Of a stretch of DNA of 64,000 nucleotides, positions 1-12,618 are shown one piece after another. The stretch's first letter is position 1, and each line of letters starts with the position of its first letter. This DNA is from Octopus sinensis (Eukaryota). The translations under genes were made by a program, and so were the position numbers. The notes beneath the pieces were generated by a model. The model worked only from the letters and a program-made list of their open reading frames with translations. It did no database searches and was not told the DNA's origin. Location: positions 28,892,001 to 28,956,000 of the forward strand of contig NC_042999.1 in assembly GCF_006345805.1 (NCBI RefSeq). Direction: 5' to 3'.

Positions 1-959
1 AGCCAATTCAGATAGAATTATGCGTGAAGTCTTCTACGAAATTCTCGATCCTGTTTATGACCAGGAAACAAACTGTCTATCCCTACAAATATAGGATGGT
101 AACATTACGAACTGCTTCGTCATATATCCGGGGAAACGGAGCAATGACCGTAATATCTATTGCAACGAGAATGGCAGCCAAAATGATTGGTAACTAAATA
201 TAATACAATAATAGTAACGTGTAGTAAGTATATAAATATAAGTTGAGAAATATCATAGAAACAAATTTCATGAGATTAATTTTTCCATTGCGATGCCTTT
301 CTTATTTTTTCCTCTTCCATTATAATTCACAATACTTATCGGAGAAATAATTTCATCGCATCACATTTAATTCAAGATAAAAGTAGGTATTTTTTCATTT
401 AATAAATTAGCATTATTATTAATATTTCATATTATGAAAAGTATTGAAATAAAATAATTACTTCCAAACCATAAAATTCATATTATTCTATACGCGACAC
501 AAAGATTTGTTTTATTATGGCGTTCATATATAGAAGCTAATATTACCTCGAGGATATACACGAATTATTATTGTCACAGGCAGTTCAGTTTATGGAAAAT
601 TAAGAGAATATTCTGACGAATTATATTCCAAAATATAATGAAAAGAATAGAAAATATAAGTATCTAATATATAAGCGTTATTTCGAATACTCAAAAAATA
701 AATTGAAAAACTAACACAAATTGAGTGAGGGAAATTGAGCTAAATTTATATCGCCTAAAATATTCTGTCCTTTTAAGAAATCCCAAAGCGAAATAACTTT
801 TCCCTAGGAAATATTGCAAATTGATAATGGTATCTCTTTGAATTACCTGCAAATCAACTTATATTTTTAATATTATATGGGAGGATAAACATTACTGTCG
901 ACACTATATTTCACTAACTTTCGGATGTATATTATATGTTATTATTTTGATATTTCCAG

Positions 960-1007
960 GCATTAGAATTCAGATACGTTAAATATTAATTGCAAATGGA
1001 AAACACA
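960..1007 (+). other. Candidate non-coding (5' UTR-type) exon
   Basis: CTAAC branch-like motif at 913-917, acceptor tatttccAG, donor ACA|GTAAGT; all three frames contain stops. Confidence 0.3.
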
Positions 1008-1188
1008 GTAAGTTAATAAGAACGCGCATTTTCCGCCCCACCGTTGCCCGTCTCACATTTCCCTCTCAGCTACCAACCCTCCATCCTGCCCCTTTAACGT
1101 TCCTTCATCATTCTCTCAGACGCGCTATTTATCGTATTAAAGGTCTCTTAAAAAAAGTTTGGAACAAGCTTTCTTTCTGGTTTTCCAG

Positions 1189-1276
1189 ACTTTAATACTT
1201 AATTGCCTTCGTATTTCAAGACATTGCTCCTCGTATCATGCAGACATCTACGTCATTCACGTTTATTTATATAAAG
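1189..1276 (+). other. Candidate exon containing an ATG (MQTSTSFTFIYIK, ends phase 0)
   Basis: Acceptor ttctttctggttttccAG and donor AAG|GTAAGT; follows a 181-nt candidate intron from the exon at 960-1007. Confidence 0.3.
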
Positions 1277-1769
1277 GTAAGTACAAAGCATGTGTATCCA
1301 TTACATTCATATGTATCTATTAATTTCCTTTCCTATGTTTATGCAATTTTTCAAAACAATGAAGTGAAGCTCGTCCAATTCATTCAGTGAATAATAGCTC
1401 ATTAGGTTAAAGGTATTGGAATAATTCAATGCCACATTTATTCATATATTGATTACATTAACAAACTGATTTCGTTTATTTTGCTAACTCTCATCATTCC
1501 AGTCTATATTTATTTTTAATTTCTTTGTTTCCTCTCCCTCCAGTAAAATGTTAAACAATTGATATCCTTTATCATCATGTACTGATCGTAAAGACAGGTC
1601 AACTGACATTTTTTTACTCACTTCAGTTCAGCTTTGACGCATATGTCAACACGAAGTTGCATCGCAATATATCTACTGTACATTCTATGGCAACCTATGA
1701 GAACTTCAAGCTTCCTTCAAAGCTAAGAGAAAATTATATTTTTGTTGATTAATATTTGGCGGATATTAA

Positions 1770-1990
1770 AGCAGAGAACTAGCAGAATCATTGGTAGACC
1801 GAACAAAATGGTGAGCAGTACTTCCTCAGGTTTTGCATTCTGAGTTCAAATTCTACCGAGTTCGACTCTGCTTTCCATTTTTTATGATCGATAACATAAG
1901 TGTACGTTGAACGCTATGTTCGATGTAAACCACTTAGCCCCACCCACCCAAGAAATGGATGGCCTTGTGCCAAAATTTGAAATCAATATT
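1770..1990 (+). mobile_element. Diverged tRNA-derived SINE, family B (central GAGGTCGACTTTGCCTTTCATCC-type domain)
   Basis: B-box-like GAGTTCAAATTC followed by a degenerate match to the copies at 19593 and 48408. Confidence 0.65.
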
Positions 1991-2649
1991 TCCGAATACT
2001 TTCGTAGCCGTAGGATTAAGTAGGGTTTATAATTACTAATGTTATTTTAATTTTGGACCTTATCTCCAGAAATAATTATATTCGATCTAATTCGTCAACT
2101 TCAAATTTTAGCAATTTCCAATTCAGATTATTAATATATACAAAATTTCCATCCCTATACAATTGCATTATTCACCCATGTTCACGTATTCTAATACACA
2201 TCTCAATTGGTGTTTATTAAAATTTTCTTCGCTCCATGTTTTTTATGGAATTACTTTAGTTTTCAATTAATTGTCATATTTATTCCCGAGATATAAATAC
2301 TCGGAATTTCTTTCCCAGTTTATTGAGTGTAGTTTCGGATGATCCAATTTTGATTTGATATGACTTTTTGCATGATAATAATTTCTAATCTTATGTAAAA
2401 CATAATCTGCTTTGCAGAAATGATTCCTTATACGATGTTCCATGCTTATAAATATCAATTTTTCTCTCTCGTAATAATATAGTTAAACATCATTGTACCC
2501 ATATTTTGTAGTCAGATTTTAGTTAATACACACGTGTGAATTTGAAATATATGCAGTTGAAACTTGATGGATCGTCCCTAGAATGTAAAAAATGACATAT
2601 GCTACAGAAAGAAATCGGAGCGCGTAACAATGTCTTTCTAAATATTGAG

Positions 2650-2842
2650 CGAAAACACCTAAACCTCCACGAGGCTCCGGCAGGGGTGGTGGTGACCCCT
2701 GCTGTACTCTTTCGCTGCAACTTTCTCACACACTTTCTTCTGTTGACCTGCTAGCATAGCCAGCGGGGTGGCGTCATTTTAAGGCTAAAACAATGTGAAG
2801 CCCATTGTGACCAGCGATGTGTAGCCTGGTTGGTCACGTGAT
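2650..2842 (+). repeat. Probable interspersed repeat / SINE-body fragment
   Basis: GC-richer segment (ctccacgaggctccggcaggggtggtgg ... ctggttggtcacgtga) ending in (TA)n; resemblance to an octopus repeat is from recall only. Confidence 0.35.
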
Positions 2843-4454
2843 ATATATATAATGAGTATACGCATACAAGCACACAAAAATAAACATATACAAACATATA
2901 TATATATATATCCAAACAAACACACACATACTATTTGAAGCAGTTTGATACGGTTCTATGCAATCCAAAGTTGGGCGAGTTTTAGCAGAAACCATTCACG
3001 TTCGGGCCCAGGTCACCAATTGAAAAATATGAGCAATGGAAAAAGCGTTTCATTGGTTGAAACGGTTTACTGGTGCTGTATGGGGCAACATCGGTAAAGC
3101 AGAGGCACCAGGACTTGAGACTGATGGCGTCATGTTGTCTGCGAGTTTACAGAAAGGATCGTGTGTCCGTGTGGTTCTGTGTGTGAGTGTATGTGCGTGC
3201 GTGCGAGTGTCTGAGTGTGTGTGTACCAATTGTATGAACACTTGTTTATGAATGTGTAATTGGTTTTATTAGCATGCGTGTGTTTGTGTTTGTGGGGAAA
3301 AAGTGTGCGTTCGTGACTGCTATATATGCGTGCGTGCGCCAAAATTTTAGGCAGCATGTATGAGTGTGTGTGTATGTAAGTATGTACACTCTTGTATTAG
3401 TCTACAAACCTGTGCTTGTGCGTGTTTGACTAGAAGAATAAATACGCGTGGACGTATTTTTGCCTAGTGTGAGCGTATATGAGTACATATATATTTCGAC
3501 TTTTGGTATTTATGGATGTGGGTATTATATATATATAAGCTAGTGTGGTTGCAAGTGACTAGCAATTCGAGACCTGAATTACTGTACAATAAATCCTCGT
3601 TAGCAACATTTTAAGATAATCTGTTAATTTATCAAATTCTTTATCTCCCAACTCATTCCAGGCGCTGTTTCTATAGCACATGCATTCAATTATTGTTAGA
3701 GTATAACGTCAAAGTAACAGAATAATACCGAGTTGCAATATCTTGCGTTCTTATTTTAATTCCTGTCATAGACATACCAAATAATTTTGTACTGACATCC
3801 TGCACGCAAGAATTAAACATTATCACGCCCGGTAGGTTTTGCTTATATATATATATGTCTACTCTATCCAGACTGACATGGGAATACAACGACAGCCTCA
3901 TCATGACAGAAACTCACAGTAGGCGTGATATTGGTGTATTTACAGATATCTATTTCATAAAATACGCATTAATATATCTGTTGAGCCAAATTACTTCTCC
4001 AAGAAAATAATTTAATTTTATTTTTTATCATGTTCGTCTCACATTGTTTGCTTGAGTTTTCTCTTCTCATTTTTCCACCCCTTTAAAGAAGTGACAAATA
4101 CATCACAGCATCATTTCTGAATAATGTGATGAATTCCATGTAACTTTAGCAGATATTAAAGAAAGAAATAAAACCCGCTGAGGTCATTATCACATCATTA
4201 AAATTTATTCAGTGAACTACCACTAAAATCATCTAAAACAAAATAGCTTTGATGTTGCAGCAGTAATGATGTAAGTATTAAAAATCGTAGGAGGGCTAGT
4301 AGTGGAAGCTGATCTTATGCAATAACACCCTCACTTTTCCAATAAATAAATAAATATATAAACTTGCATTTACGATAGAGGCAGTATTAATATGAAAGGT
4401 AATATTTATCCCCACTTGATCGTGGATGTTCTGTTGGAACAAATATCCACTGTG

Positions 4455-4758
4455 GTAGTTACAATGAAAGAAACTCTCATCTTGGATTATGGTGTATAAC
4501 GCACGCTTCCCGATACCGCTAGCGAGAGAAAAATCCCCGCAATCTCCAGTGCCGCGAATACCAGAGCGATGAGAGGAGATATGTCACTGTTGTCTCTAGC
4601 AGTCGAGCGTCCATCATTGAGGAGACCAAGGAAGGTCGCAATCATGTGATCTGATGGCCTCGGCACAGAAGAGTGCGTGGATTTTCTCCCCGCTAGCGAT
4701 ATAAACAAACCTGTTTTTCACCAAAAGACCATATGAGAGTTTCTCTCATTCTATCTAC
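4455..4758. mobile_element. MITE-like element with nested imperfect inverted repeats
   Basis: Left gtagttacaatgaaagaaactctcatcttggattatggtg versus reverse complement of right end gtagatagaatgagagaaactctcatatggtcttttggtg; inner pair cgctagcgagagaaaaatcc / ggattttctccccgctagcg. Confidence 0.7.
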
Positions 4759-4849
4759 AGCAGAAAAGTATTTTGTTGCAGAAAATCCCCGTTGAAGTTA
4801 GGAAAATTGCAAAACTTCATTATAAGTTCCTTTTAACTTAGAATTAAAA

Positions 4850-6104
4850 TCTATATATACCTTAAATATCTCTTTCATAGGACTAGAGAGTGTCAATCTC
4901 AACTCTCACTCTATAAAATCCATTGTCTTTCTGTCTGCCTGTCTGTCTGTTTATCTATCTGTCTCTTCCCTATGCATCCTCAAACGGATGCACGAAATCA
5001 GATGAAATTTTACAAGGTATTAGTATTAGACCCCTCGAGTACCCAAATGTCCTGTTTTCCAACTGGATTAAAGCATTATATTTCATCTAAAATAATCATT
5101 ATTTTCTCAATTATAGTAAAGGACATTTCATACCACGAAGAGGACGACACATTTTGTATATCACTGTTTATGTGTCTATGAGTGTATGTGTGTGTGTCTT
5201 TGCTCGGTCGATACGTAAATGTATGCTTGAGATTGTCTCTCTTAGTATATGTATGTGAGTGTATGAATGTGTCAGTGTATGTGAGAGAGTATGCGTGTGT
5301 GAATGTAAGTATGATTGTCAATGGCACTGATGTAAATTGGCTATATGAAAGAGCCACCTATACTAGCCCCAACTAATGAAATGGTCAATAAATTCAATCA
5401 GGAACTTCTTCAAAATTTAACAGATACGTCAGGAACGAATTGTCCATCAATTCACGCAACAGTCAATCAAGATACAGCTGTTCAATACCCAGCTGAACTT
5501 CTGAACACACTTAAATCCACTGGGTTGTCACTGCATAACTTGACAATAAAGCTGGATACTCCCATTATGTAGTTTAGGAATCTTGAGCCACATTGCCTTT
5601 GTAATGGAACTCGCTTAATTCTTACTTCCATGAAGCCCCATGTCTTACAGACAGCAATCATAACAGATAGTTACAAAAAAACATATCATTATTCCAAAAT
5701 TTCCTCTCATACTTACAGATACTCCATATGAAATTAAGAGGCTTTAGCTCTCAGTCAGGCTAAGTTTTGGTATTTCAATTAAGAAATCTCAGGGTCAATC
5801 CCTCAATATAGTTGGAATTAATCTTTCTACTACATATTTCTTCCACGTTCATGTGTTGAAACAGCAGCAATTTATTCATTTGGACACCAATTAAAAAAAT
5901 ACGAAATTAATATTGTTTACTCTGAGGTGCTTCAAAATAAACAGAATTTCAGTTCTAAATATTATCATTATAATTTGCATATTTTAAAAATAAAATATAG
6001 ATATTTTGAAATAATTATAAGAAAAAAATATAACTTCATATTTATTGTTTATTAATCTGAATAAGAACAGCAGCAACCCGTATAACGCCGAGTAATTCAG
6101 TTAG
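4850..6104 (+). mobile_element. Non-autonomous Helitron relic
   Basis: A|TCTATA-type 5' start (4850; alternative near 4907), (CTGT)n subterminal tract, PIF1-like helicase fragment, degenerate 3' hairpin acccgtataacgccgagt followed by cagTTAG|T (CTAG-like terminus). Confidence 0.75.
5330..5930 (+). pseudogene. Helitron PIF1-like helicase C-terminal fragment (frameshifts and stops)
   Basis: Translates as WLYERA/ILAPTNEMVNKFN, YPAELLNTLKSTGL, CNGTRL and FGISIKKSQGQSL, matching conserved Helitron helicase motifs. Confidence 0.9.
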
Positions 6105-6206
6105 TATAACATATATTCTAAAATCATAGCCTTCAAGACACATCATATGTTTTTCAGTATTCAGATGAGTATAAGATTAATGAATTTCAGGGATATAACC
6201 ACAAAA

Positions 6207-6395
6207 TAAGAAGTATTATCGCAATTCAAATTGTACTGATGAACAGATTTCCTGTTAGTGAATCTAGAATGATACACACAGAATTATCCAAGGGATGGTA
6301 CTAGTAAATAACAATTATTATCGCAATTCATATCGTACTGATAAGCTGATTTCCTCTTGGTGAATCCACAATGATACACATAAAATATCTGATGT
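6207..6395. repeat. Diverged 102-bp tandem duplication
   Basis: tattatcgcaattca...gtactgat...gatttcct...gtgaatc...aatgatacaca occurs at 6214 and 6316. Confidence 0.8.
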
Positions 6396-7481
6396 TGATT
6401 CAAAGCACAAATATACGCTCTTGCGCTGAAAACATTAAAAATGATTTGTGGATATTTTCATATCATACTCAGAAAATTGTTTAGAATATCTGTCTGATGC
6501 TTGTAGAAAGAAAAACTCGATTTTAAAAATAAAACTGTCAACTTAATTAGTTTACTTACATCAAGTATTGCCTTTTTGAATATAGACGTTTTGCTGATGA
6601 TATAGCACTCCCATCGTATTTTGTTAATTGAAAAAAATACACACTCTGCGTGTTTTCAATAGTGGTGAGTAGATTTCATGTTAGATATTTTAAAATATTC
6701 TCTATCTTCTGAAATTGATAAGTTTAAATTTTGATTTCAAAATTGGGTAAAAAAAGGAAAAAAAGATCTGCTAGGACTAAGTTTTGTGGGTAAAAGAAAG
6801 AGATCTGCTAGTACCAAATGTTGGAGATAAAAATACCCCATTGCCAAATGGCTTTGGATGAGAGTGACACGGCACGGGAGTAGTTGCATTGCTCTGATGC
6901 AGTGTTTTGCTGTGGGAACTATGTTTCAGGACCTTCGAAGAGTGGATTTTTTTTCGATTTTGTAAGGGTATGTCAATGATTCTTCCAATTATGACAACAT
7001 GACCCTCCCAATTTTCCTAACATACTGAAGATTAACTAACATATTTAACCTTGACATTTTAGTTCATATATTTATGCGTAGACGAGCCTTGTAGGGCATT
7101 GTGGTAAGTCATCCACATATTGAATCATCTAGATTTACTGTCCAATATGAAACGCCAGTACTGCAACACCTTTGCGTATAAGTAAAACTTTCTTGTAAGT
7201 CTTTTGTAGAATCGGACAAGAGACTGTACATGTGTTCTCACTTTGACAACTTTATTTTCCGTCAAAGCGTTACTTTTTCATACTCTCCACTGTGACAAAG
7301 TACCAAGTGTAGCATCTAAATATTTCGTCCTCAGTGTGTAAATCATTGGCTGTCCGACGTGACTTCATTTGACCACTACTAGCCTGTTTGTTAAGCTCTC
7401 AGATTATGTATTACATCAAACACAATCACAATGCGGTGAATGTTTGGTGCACTTTTAAAAGCTTGGTTTCTGTTTTTGCAG

Positions 7482-7552
7482 ATGACGTATGCATCCTTTA
7501 TTTTTATTCTCATTATAATGTTTATATTACACATCTCCAACTACAGTGATAC
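7482..7552 (+). other. Candidate coding exon with signal-peptide-like sequence (MTYASFIFILIIMFILHISNYSD)
   Basis: Strong acceptor tttctgtttttgcAG, donor AC|GTAATA, open hydrophobic frame; phase-compatible with the 1189-1276 candidate. Confidence 0.3.
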
Positions 7553-8599
7553 GTAATATGAATAATAGCAATATTTGCATTACTAGAGTAAATAATTTTG
7601 AATATTAAGAGCCTGACTGTAAACAACACACCTACTCCATTGTTGGGAAAATAAGTGATATCAATGCAGAAAGTATATCCAAGGAAACTGAATAAACATA
7701 CTATAAATCAGAATAATACATGTCTTAGGGCTGGAACAGACTTACGGCTTCAGACATATTGCACATTGGATGTAACATCTTGTTAATGCTTGGTATTAAT
7801 GTTTTTTCATACATGCTGGTTACTAGCTGCTCATAATAACAAGGCAGTGGTTCAATAAAGACCAAATTTAGATAAAATGATAATTTCCAAGTAAAGATAG
7901 TAAAGAGATGGTATTTATAGGAAAATAATTGTTACTTAAATTAATTAATTTGAGCAATACCACATGTTTTGCATTACCTATAGAGAAGTTACATCCGTTA
8001 AATTCCAGAGTCGAACAATTCGCTGTGAGTGAAATTCGGTAGACAAAAAATTTAAGTAGTGCTTCTTGATAGATTGTACCTCTAATTGAAAAGTCCAGCA
8101 TTATCAGACATTCTACCACGCTAATTGTTCCTTAGCATAAAAGTACAGGTTCCTTAGCATACGATTACAATTATACGTTAATAGTTGACATATCTTTGGA
8201 ATTTTCAGGCACTTAAACGTTAATTTAGAAGCTCAGAATTCCTTTGATTGAACAGTTGCATCTTTCTCGTTGATCTACCATCTGTGTTGGTGTAAATAAA
8301 TATGTATATGCATATATCACGGTCTTCCAAAAGCATATGTAGCAAATCTCTTTGAAGCAACACATTACCCATTTAGAATGTGAGAATGGACAGACTGCGT
8401 ACAGAAAAGGGACAGGAATATCACACCTGATTCGCTATGTGATTTTATATATATATAAACAACTATAAATTTTTTTTTGTGGGGTTGGGTGGGAATTATT
8501 TTATAAACACTGTGAAACACATATATCCTTTTGATATATTAAGTATGTGATTTAAGAAGACCATCGGACTCACATTTTAGCTTTATATTTCCTTGACAT

Positions 8600-8670
<71 letters not shown>

Positions 8671-9393
8671 AGTGTGTGTGTATGTATGTGTGTGTGCGCG
8701 TGTATATATATATATATATATATATATATGGAAATACACATGTATGCCTTTATACATTATTTCTGTGTAGATAAGCGTGCGTGTCCCATGCGATAAACGA
8801 TACCTCATCATGCTTCGTTTTAAAGTTTAGCGAGGTTTCTTCCCTAATATGACGGGCATAAAATATGCTCCACCAACAGAAATATCACATAAATTGTCAA
8901 CTGAAACTACGCATGAATATAGTTTATGGTTGCAGTACATCATTTTTTTGCCTCATGCGCTATACATAAATTTGTTGATGCCTATAACTTCACATCTGCA
9001 TACGAATTTTGCTTATTTTCTTTTTACTTCCATAACGAATTCCATATTTTGTTATTCCATTCTCATTGTTCCTGATCAGTGATCACCAACTTTGTAGCCT
9101 GTATTATATTTTGGGAAGTAATTGCACGTCAGTTGTTGTCCTTAAATGTTGCCTAAATTTCTTGAGGTGAAAGCAAACGTTGTAATGCTTTAAACGCTAC
9201 ATTGTTCAGAACATTTAAGTCAGTTTGAGCGTAAATATATGAAGGCCAGAAAGTTATTTGAAAAGTTATGTCATATCACAGGCAAATCGTTTACTTTGAA
9301 ATTATATCAGATATTATAACAAGGAAATTACCGGAATGAATCACCTTGGATGAGATACCTAAAAAAATATATATATATATACGGAGAGATAGA

Positions 9394-9442
<49 letters not shown>

Positions 9443-9867
9443 CGAGAGGTTAAATTACTCGCAGAAACATGTAAAAAGAACACACGTAAAATATAATACA
9501 TCGAAATATATTTTGGGGACCTGAAAATACGCATAGTAGCGATATTAAAATATAAGCCGCGTTATTTTCCTTTCCATTGAGACCCCAAAATACCGGAATG
9601 CTTTGATGTGGAAATATGCTGGCCACTTTAGATCACATGTGATAAAAATAAATATATGACAGGAAGATATTTAATATTATTTACTTGATAAACTAAAATC
9701 AGAAACCAATCGGTTCAGGAAACATGATGGTAAAATGTTTTTATTTTTTCATTCCGTTCCTGTCGAATTTTATCCTATTTTGTGTATTTCCCTCTCCCTA
9801 TATATGTGTATTTATGCGCGTGTGTTTGTGTGTGTGTGTGTGTATGTGCGCGCATGGATACAATCGT

Positions 9868-10200
9868 TTTCTTAAGATCATCACTAGACAAAGACAAGGT
9901 TGTCTCCTGTTACCAATGTTGTTTCTGATGTTCATCGATTTTCTTATCTAAAGATCAATCGTAAGACCGACTGTAGCCATACCACGGATGGCGAGGGACC
10001 GACTAACGGACTTGGATTTTGCTGATAACATTGCGCTGTTGGCCGAGAATCGCCCACCGTTGCATGCAAGGAACCTGCATGCACTTGTAGCCCAACGGCA
10101 ATTGTCAAAGGCAGTATACTAAGACTGCCACAGGAGAGTCTTGCCGAAACAGCCATGGGCTGGGTGCTACTGGTAGGTGAGAGAAAAAGAAACATTATTT
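9868..10200 (+). mobile_element. RTE-like LINE reverse transcriptase fragment, internally deleted
   Basis: RQGCLLLPMLFLMFID, RLTDLDFADNIALLAE (FADD motif decayed) and LPQESLAETAMGWV (RTE C-terminal region). Confidence 0.8.
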
Positions 10201-10326
10201 AGGAATATGATTACCGGTTGGCCAGAAACAGGGATAATTGGCGATTACTGACTACCCGATGTGTTACACAACAGCACCAGCTTAACTAAGGAGGAGAAGA
10301 AGAAATAGAAGAACAAGACGAAGAAC

Positions 10327-10357
<31 letters not shown>

Positions 10358-10410
10358 TATATACATATATATATAAATAATATATAAATATATGCATATA
10401 TACATACATG

Positions 10411-10455
<45 letters not shown>

Positions 10456-10459
10456 GCAT

Positions 10460-10745
10460 ATATGGGTACAAGACATCAAAAAAACGTTGAACACAATGAG
10501 GAACGAAAACATAAAAACAAAAACATAGAAACGAACTTTTATCGAACAACGAAAAAACAGGGAAACGAAACATACAACATAAAAAATATTTTCCTTCTTC
10601 AGTTGTCTCTGGTTCATCTACTCCACGTTCGAAGGCAAAGACAAGACGCGACTTAGTTGAAACATTTCTTCCCGCAAAACAAATTAAATAAAATTTTGAG
10701 TTTTTTGCGGAGGGTGAAAGTGGTAAAAAGAACAGGACATTGAGA
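10460..10745 (-). repeat. Probable Penelope-like pseudo-LTR (pLTR) remnant
   Basis: A-rich repeat between (TA)n tracts with decayed GAA-C and CTGAAGA motifs on the minus strand; assignment by resemblance only. Confidence 0.35.
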
Positions 10746-11596
10746 ACAAAATATATAAATATATATATTAATATATATATATCTATATATATATATCTAT
10801 ATATATATATATATCTATATATATATATATACATTTGTGTGTGTGTGTCTGTGTGTCTGTGTGTGTCTGTGTGTATATATATACACACACACACATTTAC
10901 ACACGTATTTAGTGGTACAGAAGTATTCAAATATTCTACTTGTTCTTAACTTTTCGATCAAGAGAAATATATCTTCAATAAATTAGCATGCAATGGCTAC
11001 ATAATTTACAGACTCGTGTACCCATAATAGATTTGTAAGGAGACATGAGGGACATGCACGCCTGACGAATATGGACAAACGAAATAGAGGAAATTGCATC
11101 GAGTGCGCTTCCATATCATTTCAGCCTAGAGAATTTCTGTAACCAGCTGTACCTCTCAAATGTTCTATGAAAATCTGCCGCACAATATCGCTCACATTGA
11201 GACATGAAACAAATTTTGTGCAACTCATTTCTTAAACATGCGTATATACCACGTTTCCTCCTCCTTTCTCTCTTTCACACTAACTTTCTTTCTGCAAAAA
11301 TGTGAGCGAATATACATTCATACATATATACATACATACATAAATACATACGTATATGTAAATTCCATACCTATCGCAATCTGTTATTAAGAGATCCACG
11401 TTTCTGCAGATCGGACAGTAGTGATCAACTAAGTTAAGAATTCTGATGGTAAATTTTGATGCAATAAAATGTCATTACAATTCAACGAACCAGCAACTGA
11501 ATTAAAAAGTACATTATTCTACGTTTCGCATTAGAGTACTATTTTCTATATATATGTATATATATATATATATATATCTATATATATATATATATA

Positions 11597-11653
<57 letters not shown>

Positions 11654-11682
11654 ATATAATATATATATATATACATACATAT

Positions 11683-11798
11683 ATGACGGCTTCTTTCAAT
11701 TTCTATCTACGAAATCAACGGAGAAGGATTTGGTTCACCCGAGGCTATATTAGAAGACGGTACGGTGACTCAGGTGTGGTGTCGGAAATTGTGCGCCT
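11683..11798 (-). mobile_element. Degenerate SINE family A head fragment
   Basis: gacggcttctttcaattt...gaggctatattagaagac resembles the copy at 47930-48000. Confidence 0.55.
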
Positions 11799-12295
11799 GT
11801 AAATTCATATCTCAATATGAAATAGTTTTGTAACTATGTGATGATGCGCACTTCAATGTTTGGAACAGGCTCGTGTACTGCACAGCCTGATGCCGTGTGC
11901 ATAATATTTCTGAAATTCTAAATATTGTGCAAACTGTACCACCCTTTCCTTCACAAAATTCTTTGTACTTGCGCAATATCTAAGTAAATATCTTTGGAAT
12001 AATGTATTTACTAGGAAATCGATCATGAGATTCTACTGATATTGGGTATCATATGACCACCACTCAAGTATTGCTGCATACTTGTTCATTTTAATGATCA
12101 GATCTTCAGAGTCTAAGCACATAACATGTGATACTACCATTCTGCAAAAAAGTTGATTGAGCACTTGACTGCTTTAACATCATGTATCCCTCTAATAATC
12201 TTCCTGATCCAATATCTATCTATCTATCTATCTATCGATTTATGTATCTATAGTATCTCAAAATTTAATATACAATTATTCATAATTGTAGTATC

Positions 12296-12385
12296 CTGCG
12301 CCGATGAGAAAAGAAGTTTGGGTAAGGTAAAATTTTCTAATTCTTATGCTTTCCTAAAACTTGATTTCGAAACGTACGTCCGTAG
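12296..12385 (+). ncRNA. Type I hammerhead ribozyme (CCGAUGA core variant), inverted copy
   Basis: Stem I CUGCG/CGUAG; core CCGAUGA 12301-12307; long stem II (GAAA/UUUC, then AAGUUU/AAACUU); GAAAC-GUAC-GUC; predicted cleavage after 12380. Confidence 0.8.
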
Positions 12386-12528
12386 TTAACTTAAAATTGT
12401 ATGATAGATTGCTATTCCTTCTACTAAAAGGGGGATCTCAGTAAAAACACAGCACTTGAAAGGCAAACACAGACAGGTAAGAAAGAAAGAATGAAACGAC
12501 GGCCATCTATCATACAATTTTAAGTTAC

Positions 12529-12618
12529 CTACGGACGTACGCTTCGAAATCAAGTTTTAGGAAAGCATAAGAATTAGAAAATTCTACCTTACCCAAACTT
12601 CTTTTCTCATCGGCGCAG
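12529..12618 (-). ncRNA. Type I hammerhead ribozyme, copy 1 (GAAG instead of GAAA; probably impaired)
   Basis: Same fold as 12296-12385 on the minus strand; plus strand reads gcttc at 12541-12545. Confidence 0.7.

Noticed and set aside
606-660. CUGACGA-AUUAUA...UAUAAU-GAAA hammerhead-like motif
   Set aside because: No stem III/UH site compatible with a stem I; the first stem II pair is A-U; likely chance in AT-rich DNA.
7868-8119. 83-aa ORF with an LRR-like LINLSNN stretch
   Set aside because: A single weak motif, non-ATG start, and no additional repeats.
10585-10645. Possible type II-order hammerhead (GAAC...CUGAAGA) on the minus strand
   Set aside because: The core is incomplete and the stem II register does not fit; kept only as a hint of pLTR origin.
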